This document shows positions 48,801-59,512 of a stretch of DNA of 64,000 nt, piece by piece; positions within the stretch are counted from its first letter, which is position 1, and every line of letters starts with the position of its first letter. Source of the DNA: Guillardia theta CCMP2712 (lineage: Eukaryota; Protista; Cryptophyta); NCBI RefSeq assembly GCF_000315625.1, contig NW_005434510.1, forward strand, positions 45,782-109,781. Direction: 5' to 3'. The notes beneath the pieces were generated by a model. It searched no databases. It was not told the DNA's origin and saw only the letters and a program-made list of their open reading frames with translations. Both the position numbers and the translations under genes were made by a program.

Positions 48801-49805
48801 NNNNNNNNNNNNNNNNNNNNNNNNNNNNNNNNNNNNNNNNNNNNNNNNNNNNNNNNNNNNNNNNNNNNNNNNNNNNNNNNNNNNNNNNNNNNNNNNNNNN
48901 NNNNNNNNNNNNNNNNNNNNNNNNNNNNNNNNNNNNNNNNNNNNNNNNNNNNNNNNNNNNNNNNNNNNNNNNNNNNNNNNNNNNNNNNNNNNNNNNNNNN
49001 NNNNNNNNNNNNNNNNNNNNNNNNNNNNNNNNNNNNNNNNNNNNNNNNNNNNNNNNNNNNNNNNNNNNNNNNNNNNNNNNNNNNNNNNNNNNNNNNNNNN
49101 NNNNNNNNNNNNNNNNNNNNNNNNNNNNNNNNNNNNNCTCGTACTTCCCTCCCTCCCTCCCCTCCCCTCCCCTCCCCTCCCCTCCCCTCCCCTCCCCTCC
49201 CCTCCCCTCCCCTCCCCTCCTCTCCTCTCCTCTCCCCTCCTCCCCTCTTTTCATCTTCCTCCAAAGGCATTACTTCTTCGCAAGCTCCGTCCGTGTGTAT
49301 GATCCCGCCTCCAGCGGCAGGCAGAGGTACTGACCCCACCCTGCATGTCCGTCAAGGCGAGCAGAAGCATCTCCCTCCTGACTCTCCTCCACTCGTCTTC
49401 AGCTGCCATCCTACGATGCTCACCGGCACCTCAAGTTTCTCTGCCATGGCGCGCCTGACCGGCGTCAATAAGACACAATCATGTGCGAAGATACCTTTCC
49501 GCCGCCATGTTGGACCAGAAGTTGCCTATGGCTGCTCCTATCTGTCTCCCCTGGTTGAGAGCTCCTGCGATGGCGGCGTTTGCTCTCCCCTGCTCCTTCG
49601 CCTCCCCTCCGTCGCCCTGTTGTGCCGCTGCTTCCTCGGCCAGCAGCTGCTCTAGGAGTGCGTCGTCCGGCTCCTCCTCCTTCTTCTCTTCTCCTCCTCC
49701 CGCCTGCTCTTCTGTCTTGTCCTGATCTCTCGACCCTCCATGCTTCTCCTCCCCCTCCTCCTTCTCCTCCTCCCTGCCTCCCCCGTTCTCCCCTTGTTCC
49801 GCCAT
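45898..49805 (-). CDS. RhoGAP-like domain protein, multi-exon, interrupted by assembly gap (ends approximate)
   Basis: HFALLKEYLFLLPQPLFPY and MPKSHYVTARRLLRYLSKIA resemble RhoGAP helices (LLKxYLRELPEPL; LPxxNxxTLxxLLxHLxxVA). Confidence 0.6.
48657..49137. other. assembly gap (N run)
   Basis: 481 N. Confidence 1.
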
Positions 49806-49979
49806 GTTCGCCGTCCTACTTTTAAAGGACCACCCCCCCGTACTCCTACAGTTTGTGCTGCGAGGTTAGTGTGGGTGCTTTCTTCGAGTCGGGGAGATGG
49901 CGGGAAACATGGCCGAAAACTTACGAGAGGAGGAGGAGGAGGAGGAGGAGGAGGAGGAGGAGGAGGAGGAGGAGGAGGG

Positions 49980-52900
49980 ATGGCCGAAGATTCTAGTCCT
50001 CCCACCTTCGACGCAGGGGAAGACCATGATCGGGGTGATGGAGGAGTGAACTGAGAAGGAGGGTGGGCGACGAGTGCATTTTCCGTCTCTTGCGAAGTGA
50101 CGATGGAGGAGAAGACGAGAAAGGAGCTTGAGCGACAGGAGCGCATTGCAGCTAGGAAGAGGCGGTTGCAAGAGAGGGAGGAGCGGGGCGGAGACTTCTT
50201 CACAGACAAGGCTCATGCAGACACGGCAGAACAGGCTGGGACAGCTTCTGGAACCAGTGAGGGGAGGGAGAACCCCTTCGAGGAGCGGAAAGAGCGGGAG
50301 AAACAGGGGGTGATGGAGGTTGTGGAGGGGATCAGCGGGTCTGAACCCTCGTCCTCCATTGTCCCTGGGCTGCTCGACCCTGCCAAGAGGACATTGAAGG
50401 CGTCAGCTTCTCCTGCTCCTCTACATGCTGCTGCCCTCGACCTCGATTATCTCACCGTCGAACGCAACCAGCGCAGGAGCGAGGTAGCAGCAACGAGCTT
50501 CAAGGTAGCGGAGCCCAGAGCCCAGGGACGGCAGCGAGCTGCTGGGGTCAAGACCGGGCAGAAGCCTCCTAGGGTCGAGCTTGCTGAGGACGAGATCAGA
50601 GCTCTCGAGCAGCTCTCAGAGAATGTGTTCGATGCTGTTCCTGAGGGGGCGGTGAGGAGAGAGGAGGATGGGGACGGAGGAGCCGGGCGGGACTTCGTTC
50701 AAGTCCGTAAGAAGATGGATGCCCGGAGTGTCGAGCGTCTCATCAGGCAGAATGAGGAGCTCCGCAAGATCACCATGGCGCAGAGGAAGGAGCTGGATCA
50801 GTACCAGAGCTTGCAGAAGCTGCAGGAGGGGAGGCGAGAAGAAGATCAAGAGGAGCAGGAGCAGGAGGAGCAGGAGGAGCACAAGGATCGATCGGTTCGT
50901 CGTCGTCCTCCTGCGCACCTGCAGCAATCTTGGCAAGGGTCTCGCACCCGCGGGGAGAGGGAGCAGGTTCCAGCAGCTAAGGCGGGCAGGAGCGAGGAGG
51001 TGGAGTTCGACTCCTACTTCGAGAGCGAGGCCAACAGGTGGAATCCGAGGGCTGCTGGAGTCAAGGTGGGGAAGCAGCAACCCGACTCTAGAGTTGTGGG
51101 CCAGCAGCGTGCTCGGGTCATCGTGACCGCAAAGATGACGGAGGAGGAGGAGGAGGCGAAGAGGCGCCAACGCCTGGTGAGAAGGAGGAGAAGGAAGAGG
51201 AAGAGGAAGAGGAGGAGGAGGAGGAGGAGGAGGAGGAGGAGGAGGAGGAAGAGGAGGAAGGGATCATGCTCGTCGCTGATTTTGTCTTTCCATGAATTTA
51301 CAGCAAGTTGAGCTGGAAGAGCTGGGAATCGATCCGAATACGCGAGACGTGCAGCGAGCGGCAGCGGACAAGATAAGTAAGTGAAAGGAGGATGGGATGA
51401 GATGAGGAAGTGAAGCAAAGGATGATGAGAGCGATAAGAGAGGATGTGCAGTTGTCATAGAAGGTTGATGGTTGTGTTATGGTGTACACTGACAATGTTT
51501 TGTTCCAGGTCGTCTTGAGCAAGAGCTTGAAGCTCTGCAACAAGCCCTGGAGGAAGAAGAAAACGAGGAGGAGGAGGAGGAGGAGGAGGAGGAGGAGGAG
51601 GAGGAGGAGGAGGAGGAAAGGGGGAGGAGGAGGAGGGAGAAGCAAGCTCCGACGAGGAGACGGTGATCAAGAGCTTGCAAGATGAGCTCCGAAGATTGAA
51701 GTTGAAGATGATAGAAGACGATGAAAGGGCGGAAGGAAATTGCGGCAGCAGGACAGCAACAGCTACAGGAGGAGGAGGAGGATCTGGTGGAGAGGGTGGG
51801 AGGGACAAGGGACAAGAGCTCTCTGACGATCATCGTCACACTCATCCTGGTCGTCCGTCGCGGGAAATTTCTCCTCAACTCTCACCAGGCAGCCAAGAAG
51901 ATGCGCTGAAGGAGGCAGATCGTCTGCTAGAGAGTTACGCCCCTCCTCGAGCTGGAGGAGGAGGAGGAGCAGCAGCAGCAGCAGGTAGAGGACCAGGATC
52001 AGGATCAGGAGTAGGACGTGCAACAGCAGCCGCAAGAGGAGGAGGATCAGGATCAGGAGGAGGAGGAGGAGGAGGAGGAGGAGGAGGAGGAGGAGGAGCT
52101 GCTGCTGGTGGTGGAGAAGGAGGTCAGCAAGACTATCTGATCATCGACGGGTCCGAGGACGAAGAGACTCCTCGTCTGGGCGTACAATGGGAGAGAAAGC
52201 CTACCGCTCCGACGTCGAACAAGTTTCAACGGAAAGAGATGAAGGAGGAGGAGGAGGAGGAGGAGGAGGAAACCCCTCGGATGACACGAGCAGTGACGAT
52301 CGACAAGATGCAGCAGCAGGAGAAGCAGGAGAAGCAGGAGAAGCAGGAGAAGCAGGAGAAGCAGGAGAAGCAGGAGCAGGAGCAGGAGGTCGAGGCTACC
52401 CCCCGCATGCATTTCTCGTCTCACGTTGCTCAGCAAAAGCTGGCGGCCCGATGTCAGGACGCGCCGATCACGATGATGAAGGAATTTCTAAGTTCCTTGG
52501 GAGGAGCAGGAGGAGGCGGAGATGAAGAAGAGAAGATGATCAGCAAGGAGGAGGAGAGTTTGTATCATAGTCCACGCGGGGATACCGACAACTATCACAA
52601 CACGCACCGCAGCAGGAGCAGGGGGGAGAGCGACGACAGACCGAACAGCGAATTCAACAGCCAACTGAGAACGAATGCAAATGGAGGAAGAGGATACAAT
52701 GATAGTGTAGATGAAGAGTTTGAAGAATTCGAAGGAGGAGGAGGAGGAGGAGGAGAGGACAGGTTTGCCAAGGCAGCCTCACAAGAGAAGTGTAGGGAGC
52801 CGACCGCAGCCCGTCGAGACCTGGTGCCTTCGACCGCAGACGACAGGACGGAGATCGAGACCAACGTGTTCGACTGGGAGGACGAAGAAGTTGATGACGA

Positions 52901-54873
52901 GGATGCACAAGAGAAGGTTTGGTCGGAGAACATCGCGATGATCGCGGATGTTGTGGAGGACGTGGAGGGAACGAAAGTCGAAGTCGTCGAGCCGCGGGCA
53001 AGAGCCGAGACGAGCATGGGGAGGACAGCAGAACCGGACATAGATGTAGATCGATCTGCTAGTCAACATGTGGAGGAGAGGGGTAGAAGAAGTCACGTTG
53101 TTGCACGGGACGTCAGAGAGGTCATGGTGAATGCTCTCAACGAGGTTGATTCCGACGACGAGGATGCGAACAAGCGTGTTGAACAGAGGAAGCGACCGGA
53201 GAGCGGAGGAAGGAGCAAGGTAGAATGTGACAGGGAGCAGGACGAGCGAGCGGCAAGCTCCTTCGACGCATCTGACGTGCAGTCAGACAAGAAGGACTCT
53301 GCTACCTCCCTGCCCACTCGCTTTCCATCTCACCGCAGTGACCTCGCGCAGCCTCTTCCTCCCACTCTCCAACAGGGGACGGCAAGCTTGTACAAGCAGC
53401 ACAGTGCTCACTCGGCAGGAGAGGAGGGAGAGAAGACAGGGAGGGATGTCGAGCGAGACTCTGACGATAAGGATGATCTCTGGAAGAAGAAGCCGAGCAG
53501 TCATGAGGAAAAGAGGGCAAGAAGTGGAAGACAAGAAGGAAGGAGGAGGAGGAGGAGGAGGAGGAGAAGGAGGAGGAGGCGGAGGAGGAGGAGGAGGAGG
53601 AGGATGCTCAGCGTGTACGCAACCTTGGCGCCATTCTGTCTCATCAGATTTCTTTCCTTGGCCTGGTTGACGTCAATTCATGGAAGAAGAGCGACAAGAG
53701 GAAGGGGGGAAAGAAGAAATCAAGGCGACTTGCGGAGAGAGGAGGAGGAGGAAGAGAGAAGGGAACTTCGTCTGATGATGACGACGATGACGATGACGAT
53801 GATGATGATGATGATGATGACGACGACGACGACGACGATGATGATGATGATGATGATGATGATAGGGAGAATGAGGCGCATACAAAGCGCAACCACAGTC
53901 TCGGAAGTGGAGCAAGAGGAAGTAGCAAGAAGAGTGTAGGGGTTGAGTGGCGGAGTTCAGGGCGAAGGAGGGAGGAGAAGGAGCAAGAGGAGGAGGGGTT
54001 TTCTTCTGGATCCGAGAGTGGGTATCCCGAGGGGTTCGGCCAGACTCTAATGCCAGTAGAGGAGATTAGGAGGACACGAAGGGAGGACGAGGGGACTGGC
54101 ACGAAGACGGAAATTCTCCTTGGCCCTGGAGGGAGGAGAGAGGAGGGAAAGACAGACTTCAAGGACCTTTCGCAACGCCGTGTGCTCCCGGACGGAAGGC
54201 TGAGGGAGGAGGAGCGGGAGGGGGAGGAGCGGGAGGGGAGGTGGGCTGGATCGCAAGAGGAGATGCCGCGCAAGCAGGGGGTCAACCTCAGGGAAGAAGC
54301 CGCAAAGATGCTGCAGCAAGCCAGCATGCTGCGAGAGGCGGCCAAGGTGGCAGCAGAGGAGGGGAGGAGGCGCGAGCAGGCGGAGATGGCGGCGAGGCAG
54401 GCGAAGAAAGAGCTGGAGGAGCTGAAGGACAGGATGAAGGTGAGGGAGGGGGGATGCAGCTACATAGCCCTGATGATGAAGTGGCAGAGGAAGGAGGAGG
54501 TCAGCAGAAGAACTCACGTCCCCCTCCGTCTCGGCCCGGAGGCCAGTGGAGAGGACGAGCTGCAGGCATGGCAGCAGCTGCACAGGTCGATGAGAGCAGG
54601 AGGGCAGGAGGAGCACAAGGCCTGTCACGGGGGGAGGAGGAGGTCGTCGGTGCAGGAGGAGGAAGAGAGGAGGACAGAAAATCTTCTCCCTCCTCCTTCT
54701 CTGCCCTCAGTGCCGAGGAGCCGTCCATGCTCCAAGTCCTCCAACCTCGCCATGACGGCAGGGAGCGGCATGGCGGCGATCAGAAGCAGCGCAAGGGAGC
54801 AACTCAAAGAGCTTCGACCTCCCTCGCAGCCGAGGAGCTGCTCACGATGACAGGAGCTCGAGAGCAAACTTGA
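49980..54873 (+). CDS. large low-complexity coiled-coil hypothetical protein, multi-exon
   Basis: ORFs 50097-51311, 51663-53939 and 54050-54873 are charged/coiled-coil-like and separated by (GGA)n-filled GT-AG introns. No family recognised. Confidence 0.6.
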
Positions 54874-55205
54874 AGTTTATGAAAGAGCTTCACGTCTCCT
54901 CCTCCTCTGGCTCTCCGATTCTCTCTTCTCCCCTCCTCAGCCATAGCTCCTTTCGCGCCCAACTTCGTCATATCCTCAATTGGCAACACTCACTGTCCTC
55001 CACTCGTTGAGCCACTCTAGCGAGCCTTCAAATCTTGAGAGCAAACCATGACATCATCGTCATCGTCATCATCGTCGTCATCATCATCATCGTCATCGTC
55101 ATCATCATACAACAAGATAAACACAACAGTCGAACTAGACACAACACACAATACACCCCTTCCTCTTTAACCTCAACCACCATCCTCCCCCGCAACTCTC
55201 CGCCT

Positions 55206-55941
55206 TCACTTAGTCGGGTCGTACTCCTCCACTTCTCGCAAGCCCGTTTGCTTCGAGCTCGCTGAGCCCATCGCCTTGTCTCGCTCCTCCACGATCTTCG
55301 CGTTCGCCCTCGTCGTCTGCTGCTCATACTGCGAGCTCAGAATCTCCTCCTCTGTCGGCGGGTCCTTCCGATGGTGCTTCAGCCACATGCGCCACTCTGA
55401 CGGGATTTCGTTCATGCTGAAGTCAACCTGGTCGCAACATCACGAGTCAGCGCTTGCGACGGCTAGCGGTAGCAGCCCACCATGTCCTTAGATACAAACT
55501 CAATCTCCCTCTTGGGGTCAGGGACGCCGCCAGGGTTGGCGATCTCCCAGAACTTGTTGCCATGTTCGTCTGCCCCTATGAATTTCTTGCCCTGTATCCT
55601 GTTCGATAGAGCCTGCAGGTAGGAAACGATGCTCCTGGTTCCTATAGAGAGTATCAGCAATCCATCCAACCCATCTCAATCCTCTCTACCCAGCTCTCTG
55701 CATCGGTGCTTTCCCTGGAGGCACGTCAAGGAAAGGCTACTGCAGAAAGAGTCAGAGTCCAGTCAAGGGTGAGAACTATATAGCCCTCCTCCTCCTCCTN
55801 NNNNNNNNNNNNNNNNNNNNNNNNNNNNNNNNNNNNNNNNNNNNNNNNNNNNNNNNNNNNNNNNNNNNNNNNNNNNNNNNNNNNNNNNNNNNNNNNNNNC
55901 TTCCTCTAACTTCTTTGCGCCGCTCACCTGCATCGCTGCAT
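55206..55941 (-). CDS. NDUFA12 family protein (complex I subunit/assembly factor, NDUFAF2-like)
   Basis: KFIGADEHGNKFWE...KREIEF...IPSEWRMWLKHHRKDPPTEEEIL matches the NDUFA12/NDUFAF2 pattern GxDxxGNxYY...IPxEWxxWLxxxRxxPPT. 5' end spans a gap. Confidence 0.85.
55800..55899. other. assembly gap (N run)
   Basis: 100 N. Confidence 1.
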
Positions 55942-56094
55942 AACTAACTAATCGCAGTGATCGTTACAAAGGATAACGGACGATTCACTCTGGATCACCG
56001 GGACCTCTCAGGGCCGGCCGGCCCGGAGTCTCAACTTCAGAGTCAGCCGGATCCTCTCCGACACGGACTAGTAAGTGCCTTGTGATCGGACTTC

Positions 56095-56389
56095 TGGCCT
56101 CCCAATGCTCGTCTCGGCTCTTGCCCGCGGCTCGACGACTTCGACTTTCGTTCCCTCCACGTCCTCCACAACATCCGCGTTGGACTCGATCTCCGTCCTG
56201 TCGTCTGCGGTCGAAGGCGCCAGGTCTCAACGGGCCGCTCGGCTGCGGTTGGCTCCCTACACTTCTCTTGTGAGGCTGCCTTGGTAAACCTGTCCTCTCC
56301 TCCTCCTCCTCCTCCTCCTCCTCCTCCTCCTCCTCCTCCTCCTCCTCCTTCGAATTCTTCAAGCCTGCCTCTTCATCTACACTATCATT
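56095..56389 (-). pseudogene. inverted, degraded partial copy of exon sequence 52698-53024
   Basis: The reverse complement matches AATGATAGTGTAGATGAAGAG...CAAGGCAGCCTCACAAGAGAAGTGTAGGGAGCC...GAGCCGAGACGAGCAT, with an internal deletion, small insertions and a longer GGA run. Confidence 0.9.
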
Positions 56390-57443
56390 CCTCGCTCTTT
56401 GACCGGCCCGCGGCCGCAGTGCCCTGACGGCATGTACAGCTACCGAGCAGCAAGCAAGAAGCAGCCATACCGACATCTGTCGCCGTCAGCAGTGATGTCA
56501 TGAAACTTGAGTCGATACCGTCTACCCCTGCTCATCGGGACGGTCCGGAAATGATGCGGCCGGAACCGCTCGGAGAGCAAGTGCCCGGACTTACAGGACC
56601 GCCCACAACCTGGTCTGACTCGTGAAACCGTCCGAGGCTCTTGCCGCAGCTGCCAGAGTCCGACGGATTCAGTGATACCGTGGCATCGCTGAATTCTTTC
56701 GAGGATTCATACCTGGCAGTGCTTAGTTGATGTTCAAGCGAGTTTCAGGTTTATTATACACAAAAGTTCTATTGTTTCAAATTTTGACACACTTACAAAA
56801 CAGACAGATGATAAAATTACACAAGGCCATACATTGCCTTACAATGATGAGCACAAACGGCAGCAGCATCTCAGCCAACAACGAAGCGGCCGGTCTTGAT
56901 CTTGCTCGTGCTTGACTCTGTGACATGCTTGCGCCACATCGTCTCGCAACAAACAAAAAACTGAAAAACAGCCCAAAATGAGTGAATGAATGATTCAAGT
57001 TTCAGCTGCGGTGTTGTTAAATGCAAACCCTCCACAGAGTCAGCTCATCGACAGATGGTTGAAAGTTTCCATAGCTGTTGATGGACTTCTCGAAAACTTC
57101 TTTTCTGTAGAGATAGTCCTGATGCAATGTGTTGTTTGGTTTCAAGGCACCCAATGAGTTGATTGAGGGTTGACAGATCTCACTGTCGAGTTGAAAAGTT
57201 GTGAAAACACATGTCCTCAAGACATCTTTGCTGTCCATACTGATTTGTTTCTTGCTACGCCTTTGAGCTTCTGTGTTCGAGGATGTCCCATCTGAGCACA
57301 CAGTCGGATCTAACATCAATGCGCGACAAGTTGAGCAGCAGTTCAGTTTCAAGCAGTAGGTGGTCTCGCAACCAAAACTCCCCATAGCTTTCAGTAGGAG
57401 CAGAGACTCGATTTTGCTCTTGCTAGGCAATGCTCGGGGAGTT

Positions 57444-57554
57444 TTGAAGATGCTCGAAGAGACTTGAAGATGCTCGAAGAGACTTGAAGATGCTCGAAGA
57501 GACTTGAAGATGCTCGAAGAGACTTGAAGATGCTCGAAGAGACTTGAAGATGCT
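57444..57554. repeat. 20-bp tandem repeat x5.5
   Basis: TTGAAGATGCTCGAAGAGAC perfect units. Confidence 0.95.
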
Positions 57555-57779
57555 TCAAGACACCACAGGATGGCTCAGGGTTGCCTGGTGTGATGAGCGT
57601 GCTAGTTCTGCGAGCACCTTTATACCACTGCCTGCTGTTCCAGATAGGCACAGTCGCAACCTGCGGCGAAAAGACTTCTTTTCGCTTCCAAGGAGTCCCA
57701 CCAGTGATTTCACCGGTCAGCACACTCCAGGACAGGGCGCAAGTCGCGACCCCCCCAGCTGAGGGGGCACTGCAAGAGT

Positions 57780-58975
57780 CCACCCCACCCCTGCCCCTGA
57801 CTACTGCACCACCCGGTGATCCGGGGTGACCCCCGCACATCGGAGTTCAGGGGCAAACGCTCGGCAGACCATCGGGCCCAGTCAGCGGCAGCCCACGCTG
57901 AGGCCGCTTCATTGGACCCGCCGGGGTGACCCCCGCCTGCCGCTTGTAGGACCAGGGGCACTCTCCGGGGGCACTGCCCGGCGCCCGCGTGACTCCGATG
58001 ACTCGAGGCCGTACTCCTCCAGAGTCCGAGCCGCTGCCCGGCCGCGCCGATCGGACTGTGTGCGCGGAGTCACGGCACTACGGCATTGTGCCACCCCCGT
58101 GACGGGCCCAGTGACCGTGTGACCCCGGCCGGGCGCTAGCCTTCACCGTCCAGTCTTCCAACCGTCAGTAGTGAGTCACGAGTCACGCGGAGCCGAGACG
58201 CAGGCTGCCTCGGAGCCCCCGGGCCCCCGGCCCGGGCGTCAACCGTTGAACCGTGAGTTCAGTTTACAGCGTTGGGCCTGGCTATGGAGTCTCCTTATAC
58301 CTACCCTACCCTGTCACATCCACTTATGTTTCTCCACCCCCTCTTTCTCCTGAGTGGAATTCTCTTTTCACCTCACTACCCCTCCATATAGCATATTCTT
58401 CTCTATCTCAAGTACCCCTGTGGACCCACACTACCCCACCCTACACAGAAATCAGGACCCTATTCTGCTCGGACCCCTTGCTCGGTTTTCACGGGTGGTA
58501 TTACCTGGTCCATTTGAGGTGGGGGTACTCAACCCAAAAAAGAAAGGAAATGGGGTGGTGGATCCTACCCCACTCTCGTGCCCACCCCGTCCTTTCAAGT
58601 ACCCTACCCCTAGTCATATAAGATGAGTACCCACCATCAACATCAAACAAGAGTGTATTGGCATGGACCCTAGCTAGCTAGTAAAATTTCAGGGGATACA
58701 TGAGTACCCCACCCACTGTTTTTACCCCTACCCACCCACACTCACCACCCCCTTGCCTTCATGACATTTCACCTTTCCTTTGCCCCACACATAAAGTTCT
58801 AGGGGTGCAGGTGGTACGACCCACCTCCCTCAAAACCTCAATTTCTCAAAGTACCCCTACTTTCTCCCAGTATTTACCTTGTCACCACCCAGCCTCTGAG
58901 GCCCCAAATGAATGTCACCCTAAGAAAAAGTACCCCCACCCCCCTTGTCTTTCCCCCCGGTCGCCCCCTTTCTGA
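57780..58975. other. intergenic module: GC/CpG-rich block followed by CpG-poor ACCCC-rich block
   Basis: 57780-58265 is rich in CCGG/GACTC/GAGTC. 58270-58975 is dense in ACCC/ACCCC with few CG. Confidence 0.7.
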
Positions 58976-59512
58976 CAGCACCGAATCATTCATGGCGCTA
59001 GACTAGAATTCAACATGCTGCCGCTCTCTAATCTCTCAGACAGGAGAAGATCTGATGCAGATGGAGAAGAGCGAGAAGAAAAGGAAGCATTGTAGATGCT
59101 AGACGTTCTTCAGCTGTGTTGTAGAAGTAGATGTTCACTTCCTGCAGTATCAAGTTCACTGCATTTTTTAGCGCGTATGCTTGTTTCAATTTTGGTCCTT
59201 GTCATGGTTCCCCATTCTCCCGTATGCTTGTTTTCAAGTCTCTCATTGATCTCAATCTCTTGTTGTATCTCGGCATCACTGTTTGCTTTCGCTACATTGC
59301 ACATCCAATGCTTGTCCGCTGATCTTGGGTTTCCAGGGAGTACGTGTTGCGGGATCTTGCAAAATGAGAAGTTCTGGGTCGTCGCCTCGTGCAGACCAGC
59401 GATGAGAAGTTGTTTCTGATAGAACAGAACAGCTTTCCTCACATCCCCCAAGGCTACGAGAACCCCTCCCCTGCTAAGCCTTACTAGACTCACCACATTA
59501 GGACTACTCACC

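Noticed and set aside
48271-49339. Long ORFs containing X runs
   Set aside because: Artefacts of reading through the N gap.
57444-57554. CRISPR-like array (also considered for 19465-19554 and 39805-39875)
   Set aside because: Units are directly adjacent with no unique spacers, the context is eukaryotic, and there are no cas genes.
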